From Catajapyx aquilonaris (lineage: Eukaryota), in NCBI GenBank assembly GCA_000934665.2, contig KZ538560.1, positions 1-61,833 of the forward strand: DNA of 61,833 bases, written 5' to 3'. Positions 24,427 to 38,892 of this stretch are shown here, piece after piece. The translations under genes and the position numbers were made by a program. Every line of letters starts with the position of its first letter. Within the stretch, counting starts at the first letter, position 1. The notes under the pieces were generated by a model. The model was not told the origin of the DNA, did not search any database, and saw only the letters and a list, made by a program, of their open reading frames with translations.

Positions 24427-27400
24427 TATTCCAGGATTGTCGCTGTGGGAGAAAGGAAAAGAAATAAATAAAAAAAATTAAAAGGACTTGTGCAGTCGAG
24501 CGTTTACCACTTTCGTAATATCAAAATAACAATGGTTTCTGACGACTGAATGAACACAATGTCGTCTACGTAACCGATTATTATTTAAAGCTTGAAATTC
24601 TGAATATTTACTATTAGATATAAATTCGCTGGTTTTGCTGAAATTATTCGTAATACGTAATGTGTGCAATGTTTCGTAAATTGGTAAAATTTACGATGAA
24701 ATTTGAAGGAATAAAAAAAATGTCGGAAATAAATTATTGTTGGAAAATAACTTTTCGTAACATGGACTCAGCATATTAATCTATTTATTAAAAATATTAA
24801 TAATAATTACTTCAACCGAATATTGACCCAAATGTATGCAACATCCTTTAGTATACCAAAAAAAGGTTACATTTTGTAATATTGTAATGAATCAGTCAGC
24901 ATATTTTAGAAACGCGGCTTATGGACTGAGATGCACCTGACATTGTGTCATAAATTACTGTCATTGTTGTAATTGGTGTAGCCGCAGCAAGCCCAGATAG
25001 GGTGGTACCGTAATATCAAGTTTTTCCATGCATGTAATGAGCAGATGAAGAAAAAAAAACTCAGATTAATCCTTTCCTAAATCCGTTGCCGTCAATATGA
25101 CAAGTTTTTCAAATTAAATGAGCACAGCACGATGAATCGGTTACGGTAACTTTTCTAATATATATTGAGCATATAAATGCATTGTTATTGTCAGTTTGTG
25201 AGCGCAAATAAAATTCGTGATATATGCCTATGCCTAAAGGAGTGAGTAATGCATACCTTTGGAAGTAATGAGAGTTAAAATTACAGTCATTAAACGGCAT
25301 TATTATTGCCGTCCGGATTGTTGTTACGAACCTCTGCAAACGTCATCAAAACTGAATTGCAATGCTATGGTTCACTCACTGTAATTATCACAGACTAGAT
25401 ATGACGCACACAAACACTCATTTTTCTACTACATCTCTTTTTCTTTTAAAAACAAAGTATTTTTTTCATATGCAATTTTAGTGGTTGCGCATTTAATTAC
25501 TTCTTAGCCATGGTGATAATATAATTAAAAAACCTTATTAACCTTTACCAGTGTCATGCACCGACGCTGGTGTAGGCCTATGCAAAATATTATAATACAC
25601 TAATTTATTTATCCAGAGCATGGAAAGTTTGCAAAACATACTTTTTAGCACTTTGTATTTTTTGGACTGTATAACTGGACCAGATTTTTTTCGGGGGGGG
25701 GGGGGGGGGGNTGGTCCATCTAAATTTGTTCAGTTTGACTGAAACGTGGCAACCGACATGCTCGACTTGTCATCCCCCCCCCCCTCCAAAAAAAAAGGGA
25801 CACAGCAGATGCCTCAGTTTGTCCGAAAAAGTTAATCAGCCTCATCCTATTCATCTGACAGTGAGTGTGACTTTGCATGCGAAAATGTGTGCAAAAAAAA
25901 TCCAACGGTGTTACTAAAGCTGTTCAACAGACTTTATGACTTGGCAAGTACTTGCCTAAGTCACGAAGTGTTAATAAACCTGACTAGTCACAGTTCATTA
26001 TGCTCATGCGCATTCAATTAATTAATTTTCAAATGTTGCCATATATTTGTTTAAAATTTTTTCAAGGAGTGGTTTTGGCATACGCGAAACATGTGCCAAA
26101 TTAAGTAGCTCATGACCCGGTATTTTCCCTAAAAACCGTCATGTACTACACTAGTTACATCCCATGAATAAAACAGTGGACAACTTTCACATTATTTTAG
26201 TTTTTTTTTAATCCTTAAAAGCTGGGTTAAAAAAATACATTACAAAATAATGAATTAATATTTCCGGAAGTTTGTCCTCACCTACCACAAAAAAAAACTC
26301 GATCAAAATCCAAAGCACCTCACCACACTAAGACGATCCACAACTGATTAAAAGGTTTGCGAATTGCGAACTAGTTTCAACGTCTGTCTAAGCCAGACCG
26401 CTCTTCCTATTGGTGGAAAAGTTTCTCCCAAGGAAAAAAAAAACCGCAACGTTAGCCAATAGCAAGAAAGCGCGAAAAAAAAATCCCTCATTTAAAAATC
26501 TTGGAAATGAAAAAAAAAGCATACAACTTTCTCACATTAATTTTTGTAATAAATTGTATTGTCATTATTGGCAGAGATATAGGACGCGAATTATTTTGAG
26601 ATGCAGTTTTAATTGCGTTTAACAACAATGAACGACAGGTATCGTTTGCTTCAGGGGGGGAATAACGTGTGTTCCACTTAATTGGGATTCGACCGGAAAA
26701 TATAATTATTAACGTCACGCGTGGTAAACTGTAAAATACCTGATTTGCACTGATGTTTTTTTTGAATGCCTATAATACATCAAGTGGTATTAAATGATGA
26801 TTACGTGATGTGCAGCGTCAGTTTAATGTCATGTTACGTTAGTAGTGGGTTTTTAAAATTTTCAACGGTAATTATTCTGCGAATGTGACGTGCGTAAAAC
26901 AGTAGACAGTGCGAATACTAATCAGGTCTGGTTTTATAAGGAAAAATATACCGTTGTTTATACGTCTACATAGTCAACATAAGTCATACAAGTACATAGT
27001 ATTACGTGAGATAAAACGACACATTTGACCAGTTGAAATCCAAGCAAGATTTACACGTTGTGTCACGAACACGTGTAAATTAGTAATTGTTATTGAAACG
27101 TTTGCATAATATTATTTAAATGTAGCATTTAGAAAAAATTAGGATAGGCTACAATAATTAAATTCTGCTGCTTGTTATTATACCATGTAATGAGAGTTGT
27201 GCGGTATGTTTTGTACCCGTGTTGTCAATATTTCGTTTGGAATAATTATTCTCAAATAAAATATATAAAGTAAATGTGCCCGGCAGGTTTTTAAAAAAAA
27301 TTTTTTTAGACAAATGATAAATTGCGCAAATAAAAGTTACATTATGCTTGACTTATAGGTTGGATTTAAAAAAAAATATGTTTGAATTAAATCCTACAAT

Positions 27401-29682
27401 AAAAAAAATTTAAATTATCCCATTTTTCGTTCCCATTTTCCCCACTTTCGTTTGCAATTTTTGCAACACTGTAAATGTGCCCGGATGTTTTTAAATAATT
27501 TTTTTTTGCAAAACATGATAAAATGTCTCAAAGTTTAAGAGTTACATTTAGGTTGGACCTAAAAACTAGATTTTAAATTTAAAAAATAAATTTAAATCAT
27601 GAAATAAATAATCACAATAAATTTCACAGTGCAATTTATATTAGCTGGTGGCCTAATTATAACTTACAATCCTGGTTTAATTCAAGCATAATCCGCCCCC
27701 CCCCTCAACGTTGCATTTTAAACATACTTGTTATATTTTGCGTAATTGCACAGATTTTTTTTTCGAAAAAAAGTTTCGGAATTGCCTGAGAAAACCACTT
27801 TTGCTCCACACATTGTCCTTTCAAGGTGAACTGTCTTGGATCGCTTGATACCTAAACAATGGCAAACAAAACTGCGTCAAAATCGTGGAAAACACCGTGT
27901 AGGCCTACTTCTAAATATTTTTTTAAAATATTAACAATATAAATAATCCAACCCTACAATTTATACAATGCAATAGTGAGGAGGTGTCGTCCAATGCACA
28001 TTGGTGTCAAGTTGTGAAAAAAAACGGCACTTTTTTTTCTCTCTCTCCTACTTTGTGACAAACCTCTTGCCATCCAAGTCCCATTCATCATGGAAATCAT
28101 ATTTATGTAATAATTCCTGACACGAATTTTACATCACATACAAAAAAAAAATGGAGAGAAAAAAATGCGGAATTTTTGTGCAGAAAAAAATAAAATTGAG
28201 TAAGTTCAGGTGAGATGAGCAAGCCGGATGAAAACGAAACTTTGGAGCGTGCCAAATTTTTTTTTATGAATGCATTTTTGACCTATACCTGTGTGAATAT
28301 TGCGTGGGTGGAAGGCAATAATTAAAAAGATGAGAACCATTGTTAAATTTTTTTTGCAACACTTTAGTACATGGGAAATTTGCACAGTGTCACAATCGGC
28401 ACATCGGGACTTGTTCAACAGCACTCCAACCTTTGCTATTCTCTTCCAATCTAGTACAGGGTGTGTCATAATCTTGGTCATAATTTATCCCAAAAACTTT
28501 TATCGTGAACTTCTTGCCTAATTGTTGGAAATGCCACTTTGAGCTCAATATTAAATCAAATCGACAGCGGATTAAAAAAAAGTATGGAATAATTGTCACC
28601 TTTCTGCATGTGAGCTCATCCTATATAAAGTTTTTAGGAAAGTCATTATGCTACACACTGTAACTATACAATAATAATTGGTGCGGATACACGAACATCC
28701 TGTTCATTATATCCAACAAAAGTATGACCCAGTGGACAATACAGTACTTACAGTTCATTGCTCCTTGTGCGTGATGTACGCACATACTCGCAATACCTTC
28801 GGCAACTGAACTTCTCACAGTTGTGTTTGTGACGACTTTGTTCACGTCTTTAAAAAAAAAAAATATTTGGAACACGAGAAGGGGTTTTGATCCGAGGAGA
28901 ATGGAGAACGAAGGATAAATTTAGATACAAGTGATGAGCAAAAACGAGGCCATCTTTGGACTCACGAGAAGGTAAAAGAGGATAATGAAGAAAGAGGTGT
29001 AACAACTCAAGCGCTTCAATTGTTGTCGCCGATCCTTTTTCCATTAACCCTTGGGCGTAATTAATTTGTGTTTAAAAAATTTTCGCCATGACCAATGTCT
29101 TATTCAGCAGAGAGCACGAGAGAAGAAAATTCCCAATCCCTTCAAAAAATTCACATCAAAAAGTACGAGAACAAAATAATCAAACAAGCAATTTAAATAT
29201 CGAGCAACACATTTCACCGATGTGAATTTCACACCAATAATAATTATTGCATGACCTGCATGTTGATTTTTTTTTAAACTTGCAGTAATTGAAGTGTTTG
29301 GAAAGAAAAAAAAAATCACGAGCAGAACTCTGAGAGAAAATATTTAGAAAATTGTTGTTTGTGATCAGGTAGAAAATGTAACGGGATTTTTTTTAATGAG
29401 GAAAAAAAATGATCTACATTAAAGACGTGCTTCACGGGTCGCAAAAAAATGTGTGAAAAAATTATTAGAAAATAATGAGCCACAGGAAAATTGCGATTTT
29501 GAGTTGCAACTCGTTCAGTTATTGTTGGAATAAAATTATCGTAAGAAAGAATATTTATCAAATTATTTTTTGTGTGTGGATGTATAGGACATGCATAGCA
29601 AAAAGTACACCACAGACAAAATATGTTTGAGCGTAAATGTGCAGAAAAATTGCACAATTATTGTGCGATTTTCAATATTCAA

Positions 29683-29869
29683 TGTCAATAATCACTCACA
29701 AGTTGCAACGAAATTTTAGAATATTTTCTTGGCCATTGAAGCTCTTCATTTTATTTCCAAAAATTACTCATTAATTATTAATTACTAATTTTTGAAATTA
29801 AAATTAAGAGCTTGAATGGCCAAGAAAATATTCTAATATTTCGTTGCAACTTGTGAGTGATTATTGACA
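29683..29869. repeat. Near-perfect 187-bp palindrome (about 84-bp arms)
   Basis: TGTCAATAATCACTCACAAGTTGCAACGAAAT...AAAAATTA pairs with TAATTTTT...ATTTCGTTGCAACTTGTGAGTGATTATTGACA, with few mismatches and an AT-rich loop. Confidence 0.9.
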
Positions 29870-32127
29870 CAAAATTAATAACATATAATTTTTGTCTCTG
29901 TGTGTGTGTGTGGTCATATAGGACAAGCTTCGCAGTACAACAGAAAAAAATAATTTTGTGCCAAAATGTGCAAGAAAATTGCACAATTAATTAGCATAAT
30001 TATTTGAAATAAAATTATGAAGAAATTAATTACAATTTTCTGTCTGCATGCATGTCGTCTGTCAAATCTATTCAATTTAAATGTTGCGAAACTTTTTTTT
30101 TTGCAATTACACAGGAAAATATTTTGGAGTGAAAATATTGCGCCAATTGAAATTGTTGCAATCAAATTACAAAGTGATTCTTTTTTTGTACGAGTGCATG
30201 TCTTTTGTCAAATAATTCAATTTAAATGTTGCGAAACTTTGTCTCTTTTTTTTTTGCAATATTATAAATTGTATCACATTCTGGGTCACTCTTGGTGTCA
30301 CTTCACATATATAGTTAAGACTTGACTAGGTTATGGGCTTATAACATGTCCTGTTTGACCACATGGTTTTTGTCTGGGGTTCAACCAGATTTTTCAGGGA
30401 CTGCGCTGATGGCATAACGGGGCAATGAATGTCATGGCCAACCAGTTTTTCTTCTCAACAGCTTTCCAGTGTTGGATTATATGGACACTTTTTGTGAAAC
30501 GGTAGGTCAGTCGTCGCATTCTTGCTTCTTTTGTTGCACTTGGAAGGAGAAGAAAGAAAAGTTTCCATTGTTATATGTCTCATAGCATGTCTGGGTGGAT
30601 AACACTTTTGACAGTACGAGGAAAGATGAGTGTCAACTTTCTAGTGCGTCGTAGCATGATATGTGTAGCCTACATTTTTTGACGCTATGAACTTGCCCAA
30701 TTATGCAAAAAGCGCAGCGTAAGTATTCAAAACACATAACCACAACATGTCGCAACATTACCCTCCTGGCCGTTTGTATCGACTTAAAACGGCCAGGAGC
30801 GAAATGTGTCACGGCAAATAACAATTGCAGAACAATGACGGTAATTCCAACAAGGTGGCAATGACACTGTCCTTGAAAAAAGAAGATCAGCTGACTTAAA
30901 AGCAATAAAAAAATATGTAAATTAGGATTACAACAGTCCATCTTTCCCTTGACGACTATTCACAGGTCGGGTGTGACTAACAATGGAGGGAAAGGCCCAG
31001 CTTGTTTCCCACAGGTCTTTTTGTCGTCTTTTTAATGCATGTCATACGAAGCCTCAAGTGCAACAATTTAAATGTTGCTTCACAATCATTATGATGTGTG
31101 TCAAGGATGATCGAACATTGCCGTGTCCTAAATGTATGTATACCGTGACAAGTCGAAGCTTGAAGAAGCTCTTGATGTCGTAGGTCTATGAAACTAACAT
31201 TTTAAAAATACGGAAAACCATTTGCAATGAGTCGACGGGTTAAAATAAACAGCAAAATAAAAATATGAAAACTTTATCACTCCCCAATCATACATCCCCA
31301 ATCATTCCTGTACAACACAATAATTGACTTCTTATTAAAAATACGAACAAGTTCTGTGGAGTCAACTTAATGTGAATGTTTCAATCGGGAGAGATGATCA
31401 AGTGATTCAGTTTGCATATTTTTTTTTACACTTACAAAAAATTTTAAAAATGTGCAAACTTTATCCATCATTATCTACCCCAATTGCAGCTGGGCAAAAA
31501 GTTGATTCCTTTGCAATCTTTAACTGTTTGCTCAGATTGCAAAGTCTTTTGCTATTTACAAACTAGACAATAAGAACTCATTCCAAATTACACATGGCAC
31601 ATAATATTGTACAGCACATTGTTGATGCGCCGAACTATAAGATTTGTTGGAGAAGAAAAAAAAACACTGCATATCACATTTACATAGCTCCTCCGTAAGA
31701 CAAATTTGCATAAAATGAGAGGAGGGAATGCTTTTTTTTTAAAAAAAGAATTTAAACGAGCTTTTTTTAAAAAGAACAGTCCAGACAATCTTCCACATCA
31801 CAAATGGGCGAATTAAAACGCAACAGAGTCGCAGCATTCAAATCGGCATCCAACAATAAATATGGGGATCAGCCAGCCGCTGCTCACAAAATCCCCAAAA
31901 AATGCATTCAGCGTCACAAAAAAAAATTGGCAGTAATTATTGGCAGTGTCCGTCGACGTACTGAAGCTTTTGAACACATCCTCTCATGGCAGTTGAATGA
32001 AGCAGTCTTTGGTCTACTGCTCTGACAAATCCTACGTAAAATCTGGAAGGAAAAAAAAATTGTTATTCGTACATTTCCTAGATGGTTAAGCTTGTGTTGT
32101 TCTTTAAGGAGGAAGCGTCACCTTTGG

Positions 32128-33297
32128 TCAGAGGAGCCGCCTTAGATTCTTTCTACTTCGCTGACTTCCCACCAAGCCTTGTGCTCCGGTCCGTCTTCCT
32201 CCGCTTCCGCCAGTCGGAGTGACCATTCCGACGGCCACGCTGGCACCAGATATTTCCTTGCATGGCGTCCCCTGCGGATGACCTCCCCTGCACCTGGCGC
32301 AAAACTCTTTGCTGCATCCTCTCCGTCCGCACCTGGCTCTCGCCTCTCCCGGAAGTAAGGCACACGGGGACGAACAGATGGGACACTTGCAGAGATGCCC
32401 GCCTTCCGGGAGATCACGAGCAGCCTCATCAAAAAGGTCCTTCATGGACGTACTTCGCCTCAAAATGCTGTGGTCAGGTTGCAGTTCTGCACGAAACATC
32501 TGTAAAAACAAATTGGTAAGTTGCAAAATTCAATGTTGTACTGTAAATCGAACCTACCTGTATTTCAGATAAGGAGCGGCGTGGACCCAACTGGTACGGA
32601 TGTGGCACAGCCGGAGATGCAGGACTGTTCGCATCCTTGAGCGACCTTAAAAAGCTACGGGGCCTAAGATTCTCCTTGCATTTCCGTCGCTTGGCTTTAA
32701 AGGCGCAGAGCCGCCTATGAGCGTGCTCATCCTCGTTACAGATCCTCCGCCACGCCCGGCATGCGCACGACACATTCAATAGATCTTGGCTGCTAAGGTG
32801 CGACAACACGGAGGAAACAGCGCCGTGAATGTTGCGCCTCACGTACAACTCCGTCAGGAAATCAACCTGGAATTGACAAATTGCATTAGCGTCACACTAT
32901 CATGAAATCAGATTTTAAAATGCTATCAACTGACCTGCTCTCTTCCGATAAGACAGACGGATGTGTAGGGCGAACTGTGCATCAGAGGAGTGGAAGGCAA
33001 AGAGCCAGTGGACCTCAGCAACATTCCTGCAGATGAACGCCTGGCGCCCTCTCGTATCGGCGAGAGTGCTTGGCAAAATGGGCGATTAACCAGACGATGG
33101 GGGCTTAACAGCAAGGCGGGAGACGGTGCAAGCGACGATATCCGCAGATTCCCCATGGGTGACACCAGGTGGGACAGCACGGAAGGCGAAGAAGAGCAGC
33201 TGAGCCCAACTGAGGCGTAACCACTCTCAGGAGATTGACCCGAAGATGGACCTTCATCGTGGGTCGAATCCTCCTCCAAGCTGACTGACAGTTCACG
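32128..33297 (-). CDS. FBXO5: Emi1/Rca1 (F-box only protein 5/43)-like APC/C inhibitor; start exon not located
   Basis: Exons 33297-32935, 32866-32558, 32499-32128 (phase 0). ESGYAS degron-like motif, F-box (VLSHLSSQDLLNVSCACRAWRRIC), RxxL, ZBR CPICSSPC...C..GC..EFC..C...H, C-terminal RL tail SRKNLRRLL. Confidence 0.88.
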
Positions 33298-33699
33298 CTG
33301 TAAACAACTCAGTGTTATGATATCATACTTTTTTTTAAAAAAACATCAAAAGGTAAACTGATATGAGCCACTACGTTACGCCACATTAAAAGTACCTGAC
33401 GTCACTTTGCACAAGGTTTTACCCCAACTATAAAAAGATACTACAAGGCAATAAAGATGACGTTATAGTCCGGCCACATATGAACTCCTCCAATTGTTCT
33501 CGAGCTAGATGCCTTTAGCTCAACTAAAAGGTAAGACGCAGGCATTAGCCATCTCATAATTTCACGCGCGCGAACATTCTATCGCAAGTTCTCAAATTAT
33601 AATCTGCCTATAAATGTGTCGTGTTCTGAAAGCAAGTGCAGCAGACAATCTTCGAACTGTGGGCCTAAACACAGTGCAATCACAAATTATCCCATCGAC

Positions 33700-34320
33700 A
33701 TGGCTAAAACATGTATCGAAAGAACTAAAAACATGTACGGCAAGTATGGTACGTTCTAAAACATACGATACCTACTTTGTACTCTACACATAAATAAATT
33801 GCAATAAGAAATTATCTCATTAATACAGCTATAACATTTAAAGCATATAAAACATGTATGACAAGTACCGTACATTCAAAGACATGTACGGCAGATGTAC
33901 TCGCTTTAAACTCTATGCCTAAATAAATTGCAATTAGAAATTATCTCATTAATATTGCTGTAACATTTAAATCATTAAGAACATGTACGACAAGTACGGT
34001 ACATGACATGTACGGCAGACGTACTCGCTTTAAACTGTACGCCTAAATAAATTGCAATTAGAAATTATCTCATAAATATTGCTGTAACATTTAAAGCATT
34101 AAAAACATGCATGACAAGTACGGTATGTTCGAAAAATGTGCATGACAAGTACAGTCCATTCAAAGACATGTACAGCAGACGTACTCGCCTAAATAAATTT
34201 CAATTAAAAATTCTCATAAACATGGCTAAAACATCTGAAGCATTTTAAAAACGTACAAAGGAACTAAAAACATGTACAGCAAGTACAGTACGTTCTAAAA
34301 CATGTACGACAGACGGTACT
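33700..34320. repeat. Degenerate tandem repeat (about 120-bp unit, about 5 copies) upstream of the Emi1 coding exons
   Basis: Repeated ACATGTACG(A/G)CAAGTACGGTAC and CCTAAATAAATTGCAATTAGAAATTATCTCAT blocks. Confidence 0.8.
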
Positions 34321-34745
34321 CACTTTGAATAAATGTCCAGTTTGGACCGCCAGTAAAGCGAATATGGCCACTGAACAAATAATGAGCCTTGTTCAATTGT
34401 AGTGCACGTAACACCCTGTTCACGCTCATACATTACGTGCGTACTAGCCCTAGTCTAATTACATCAAGCGCTCGGTACATACAAGTACCAATTTTCCATA
34501 AGCGTACTTCACATGCGATTACCAATATGTACCAGCCTTACCCAACACCCCAACCCAGTTGGCCCCGGGGCCGCCCCTACCCCATATCCTGCCCCATCCA
34601 AAAACCAATTTTCCAACATGCCAAAATCTCCTCACCTGTTCGACACCACCTTCAACCCCGGGGCCGCCCTCCATATTTCCCTCTTCCAAACCCTTGGTAC
34701 TTCTCCGACCCAGTACCGGTCCCAGAGTGCGGCGGGTAATGTACC

Positions 34746-34906
34746 CGCGGGAAAACGGGGGAGTCCTGTGGGAAGAAAGTGGAGGGAAAAACCGGGAGGT
34801 GGGAAAAATGGGAATGAAAAGGGAAGAAGAAAAAGAAAAAAAAAAAAAATTGCGCGGGACTAACCGACGCGGGTTCGAATTTTGCCTCCAATTCGAACCA
34901 GCCAAT
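34746..34906 (-). promoter_or_regulatory. Candidate cell-cycle promoter of Emi1-like gene (E2F, CHR-like and CCAAT motifs)
   Basis: TTTTCCCGCG on the minus strand (34746-34755), GCGCGGGA at about 34852, two TTCGAA (34874-34879, 34892-34897), CCAAT at 34902-34906, in a GC-rich island upstream of the gene. Confidence 0.45.
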
Positions 34907-35519
34907 CAGAGACAAGGAGACGCTGCTGCCTCTACCGCCCACTGTTGAAACTACAGTGGCTGTGTCTCAAAAATTTAGAACAATTGACCGCACGGAGATG
35001 TTTGCAGTCGCAAAATAATTACTCATTACAGTAATTAGTACGCAAATTGGAGTGCAAACAATGCAGTACATACTACCCAACAATTACAACCGGCAATATC
35101 CACATTTAACACTATTAAACCGGATATACAAGCTCAAACAACAATCAATATGCAACAATTCCGAACAATTCCGTGTAATGTTAACAAAATAATTGCAATC
35201 TAATGCATGTTATGTTCAGCCCCATTATTGCGACTCTCTTTACAGTTTGAATGGCCTGTTTGGGACCGGACCATTTGGGTGACGTGCATTTTTGGCACGT
35301 AGGCTTTCCCTCTCACTTTACTGTCGTTGCGACACAGCCAAACGGCTCGTTCGGTATCAAAACAATGGGATTTAAATTCGAATCCCGGCTTGTTAATGAC
35401 ACCATATTTACATGAATTAGGACGTTCATATCCGGTTAAAAATTGTGAGAAAAATATTGAATGGAATGAAGATTTAAAATTTAATGTTAAATCCGAATAT
35501 TTTGATATGGATTTAGATG

Positions 35520-35713
35520 TATCGATACGGGGCTGCACGTCCGTTATGACCTAGTTTCACGTTGGGATGACTTGTTCTGTACCGAGCGTATGTACACAGT
35601 ACGGCGGTACATACCGGACGTATCTGGCATCCATTATGCATGAGTTCAGCCCCGTACTGAACGTAAAAAGCGGCTGGATTCAGACTTCAGAGTATCGATA
35701 AAAAGTATCGATA
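35520..35713. promoter_or_regulatory. Three DRE (TATCGATA) motifs in the divergent Emi1/SMPD1 intergenic region
   Basis: TATCGATA at 35520-35527, 35693-35700 and 35706-35713. Confidence 0.45.
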
Positions 35714-36599
35714 CTCTAACCGCTACGTCTGGAGATGACGATCAGAACAGCTATTTAATAACGCAGCTACTAGCAGCCGCGACTTGCTGGAAATATTAAC
35801 GAGGATAATCAGTTCCCGGATAATTGGGTAGTACGCTGTAATTCCGAAAACATAACGTACATTAATATCTGTTTAATTGTATAAGTCAAATGCGATAACT
35901 GATTAAATCCTGCGATCCAATATTTGAATAGCGGGTAAGAGCCCGTTCCTGCGATCGTCCTTAAGTAGCGGCTACTCTATTTTCAATGGAAATTTGTCTG
36001 GCTACGCCCCTCATGTCACGTAACACGCAAATCTGCGTGTGAATTTTTTTTTTTCTTTTTCTTCTGTTTGCGAAAATTTTTTAATGGCGAAATCTTGATT
36101 AGGATGGAGTTAAGGAATGTTGTGGTGTCCGGAGTCCAGGCATCATCATCGCCAGGCCAACAGGAGATCCGGAGAGATCATGTCGCACTTGGTATGACCC
36201 CCCCTGTATAGTAGTGTACACATACATAACTGTGCATTTTTGTGGGTATGGAACATTCTTTTTTTTTAAGATGTGAAGGGGAAGTACGTGTTGGGTTGTG
36301 CATAAATATTTGGTGTGAGATAATAATTATTTAAGAGGGTTTGCTTCGGGGAGGGAACACTTTTGTCGGGTACGGAAGGTCTGCTGCGGCACGGAACATC
36401 TCAGTTGACCGGTGGGGGGGTCAGTTTCATGTCAAAAGGTCAAGGGGGCAGGTTGCATATCGTACACATGGTAAAGTCCGGTCTGAGTACGTTTTGTTAA
36501 GTAATCCACGATAATGACGACAATTTTCAGTAAATTCCATACGGATTTGTTCCGCTCGGATTAACGTTAGGTCGTTTGCTAATTAACCAGGTTCATTAA

Positions 36600-37480
36600 C
36601 GACAGCTAGCCAACAAAAAAAATGACAATAACTAACCAACCAGTAATAACGACAACCAACAAGTAACAACGACAATTATTAACGAACAAGTAACAATGAC
36701 AATTAGCCAACAAGTAACTGACAATTATTAACGAACAAGTAACAATGACAATTAGCCAACAAGTAACTGACAATTATTAACGAACAAGTAACAATGACAA
36801 TTAGCCAACAAGTAACTGACAATTATTAACGAACAAGTAACAATGACAATTAGCCAACAAGTAACGATGACAATCAACCAACACGTAACAATGACAATTA
36901 ATGAACAAGTAACAATGACAATTAGCCAACAAGTAACGATGACAATTAGCCAACACGTAACAATGACAATTAGCCAACAAGCAATGATGACAATCAACCA
37001 ACGAGTAACAATGACAATAATTAACCGAAATTTAATTCGGGAACAAACAAGAAATGACGACAATTGATAACGAACGGGGAAACGGCGACAGTTAAACTAA
37101 TAATAACAATGAATTAGCCGACAAGTATCGACTGCAATGAATTAACCGACAATGAATTAGTCGACGAATAATAACGGCAATGAATTGGCCGTGAAATCTT
37201 AAGTGACAACGAGTTGGCCGACAAAATCGTAATGACAATGAATTAACAGAAATGGCAACAGTTAACCAACAAGTAAATTAAAAGACAGTTAACCAACAAG
37301 TAATAATGACAGTTAACGAAGAAGAAGTGATGATATTTTAACCAACAAGTAATGAAGAGGCAAAATTATTAACGAAGTAGTAGTTAACCGACAAGTAAGG
37401 CGACAATTAGCCATCAAGTAAAAGCTAAAAAAAAATTATTAACAATGATGACCAGCAATCTACGAGTAGTGACAACAATT
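36600..37480. repeat. Minisatellite (about 21-24-bp unit AACAAGTAACAATGACAATTAGCC), degenerating rightwards
   Basis: Direct tandem copies are visible; they generate the spurious repetitive ORFs at 36752-37067. Confidence 0.9.
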
Positions 37481-38892
37481 AGCAGCGAATTAGTAATGCA
37501 CTGCAGTTTTTTTACTGTGTTGTTATTAATACAAGTGTGCGAATTGCGGTTCGACACGGTTCGACGGTTGCAAGAGTTTTTACTCTATGAATATCTGGGG
37601 TGATATGTAAATATCTTGTTGACGACCACAGTCCAGAATGGGCATATATTTTTGTGGGTGGATCTGATATGGTTACGCATATGCAAGAAAACCTTGCATA
37701 AGTTAGCATTGTTTTCGCGGAGGGGGTGGGGTTGTAGGGCAGATTTTCTTTTGCGAAAGAATATGTTGCAACTGGATGTTTGTGTGTGATTATGCAAAAG
37801 CGAATGGCCTGCGCTTGTTTCTTTGTGCTGTTGAACTCACTGCAAAAAGTCTTTCACCGATGATCCAAGGCTACGAACTTTAACCCTGTTTATCATGAAG
37901 TCCACGAACATCGTAACAGAACTTTTTCTCTGGTCATTCATACTTGTTGATTATTCGTCTGACTAAAAAAAAGAGCAGATCACGAGTAAAAAAGGGCTGA
38001 TATTTTGAAGGTCAATCCTTTACAAACAGTACATTAAATTAACCATGAATTGATGCTTCATACCATTTCGTGTCAATTGCGATTAATTAAACGGCCTCGT
38101 GTTACAATAGCTCAATAGATGAATTGCCAAGGACATGAGTTATGTAAGGTGTTATGAAAGTGAAAACTTTTGCATGTTGTGCTGTTGATCTGATTTTTAT
38201 TTCGTGTGTCTAGCGTACAGGTGAAAGCAGGAAGGAAGCTTTGCCGCACATGCCTTAAAGGCCACTCATTTTTTAAACGAAAAACAAGTCGCAAGTTTCA
38301 CCACAAAATAATCGCATAATTTGACTGGAATGTCTAGTCCGAACAATTTGGAAGTCGTCGTCCTGATTAGTCACAGTTTTTATCTTCCTTGCCGACTGAC
38401 TCATTGTTTGGGATATGACGACCTGTGGTAATACATTTCTCGTTGTCTCTCTCTCGCTATGTAACACATCCTGATCAGCACAAAGTTCAGGTGCATAGTA
38501 CAAGGTACCTCCGGTTCAAACGGAGTGGATAAAAATGTGCCTGAAGTTTACCCGTCGGTTTTTATTCCATTGTGTCGAGTCGCACAATTTGGTACGTATA
38601 ATTTTCCGGGCGTCGCATTCCGACTGTAAACAAAAAAGAATTACGAGAATGTTATCTCGCAAGCATTGATCTTGTCCTATTTTTATAACAAGCTTCGATT
38701 CATAAGCATATCGTCCATGTCAGCAAAAAGTTTATCAGGGAAAATCCACCTCACTGCATCTGTAATTTTTGTATTGTTCACATCCTTTTTATTGTTTGTT
38801 GCAGTCCAGACCACCAGCTGGTGAGTGGTGACGTTATTCTCATGTGATACGCCAAACGACAAGGCAGCAGTGTCAATTGGAGGAGTGTCGCT

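Noticed and set aside
24500..32100. Numerous short AT-rich ORFs
   Set aside because: F/K/I/N-biased translations typical of non-coding DNA; no consistent exon chain.
34389..34948. Several overlapping ORFs over 90 aa
   Set aside because: GC-rich promoter/intron sequence with low-complexity translations and no recognisable domain.
36752..37067. Repetitive ORFs (LANCHCY, MTISQQV)
   Set aside because: Translation artefacts of a minisatellite.
38717..38820. Hydrophobic MSAKSLSGK... ORF as the SMPD1 signal exon
   Set aside because: Its donor is phase 2, incompatible with the phase-1 acceptor at 39007; the exon at 38893 fits instead.
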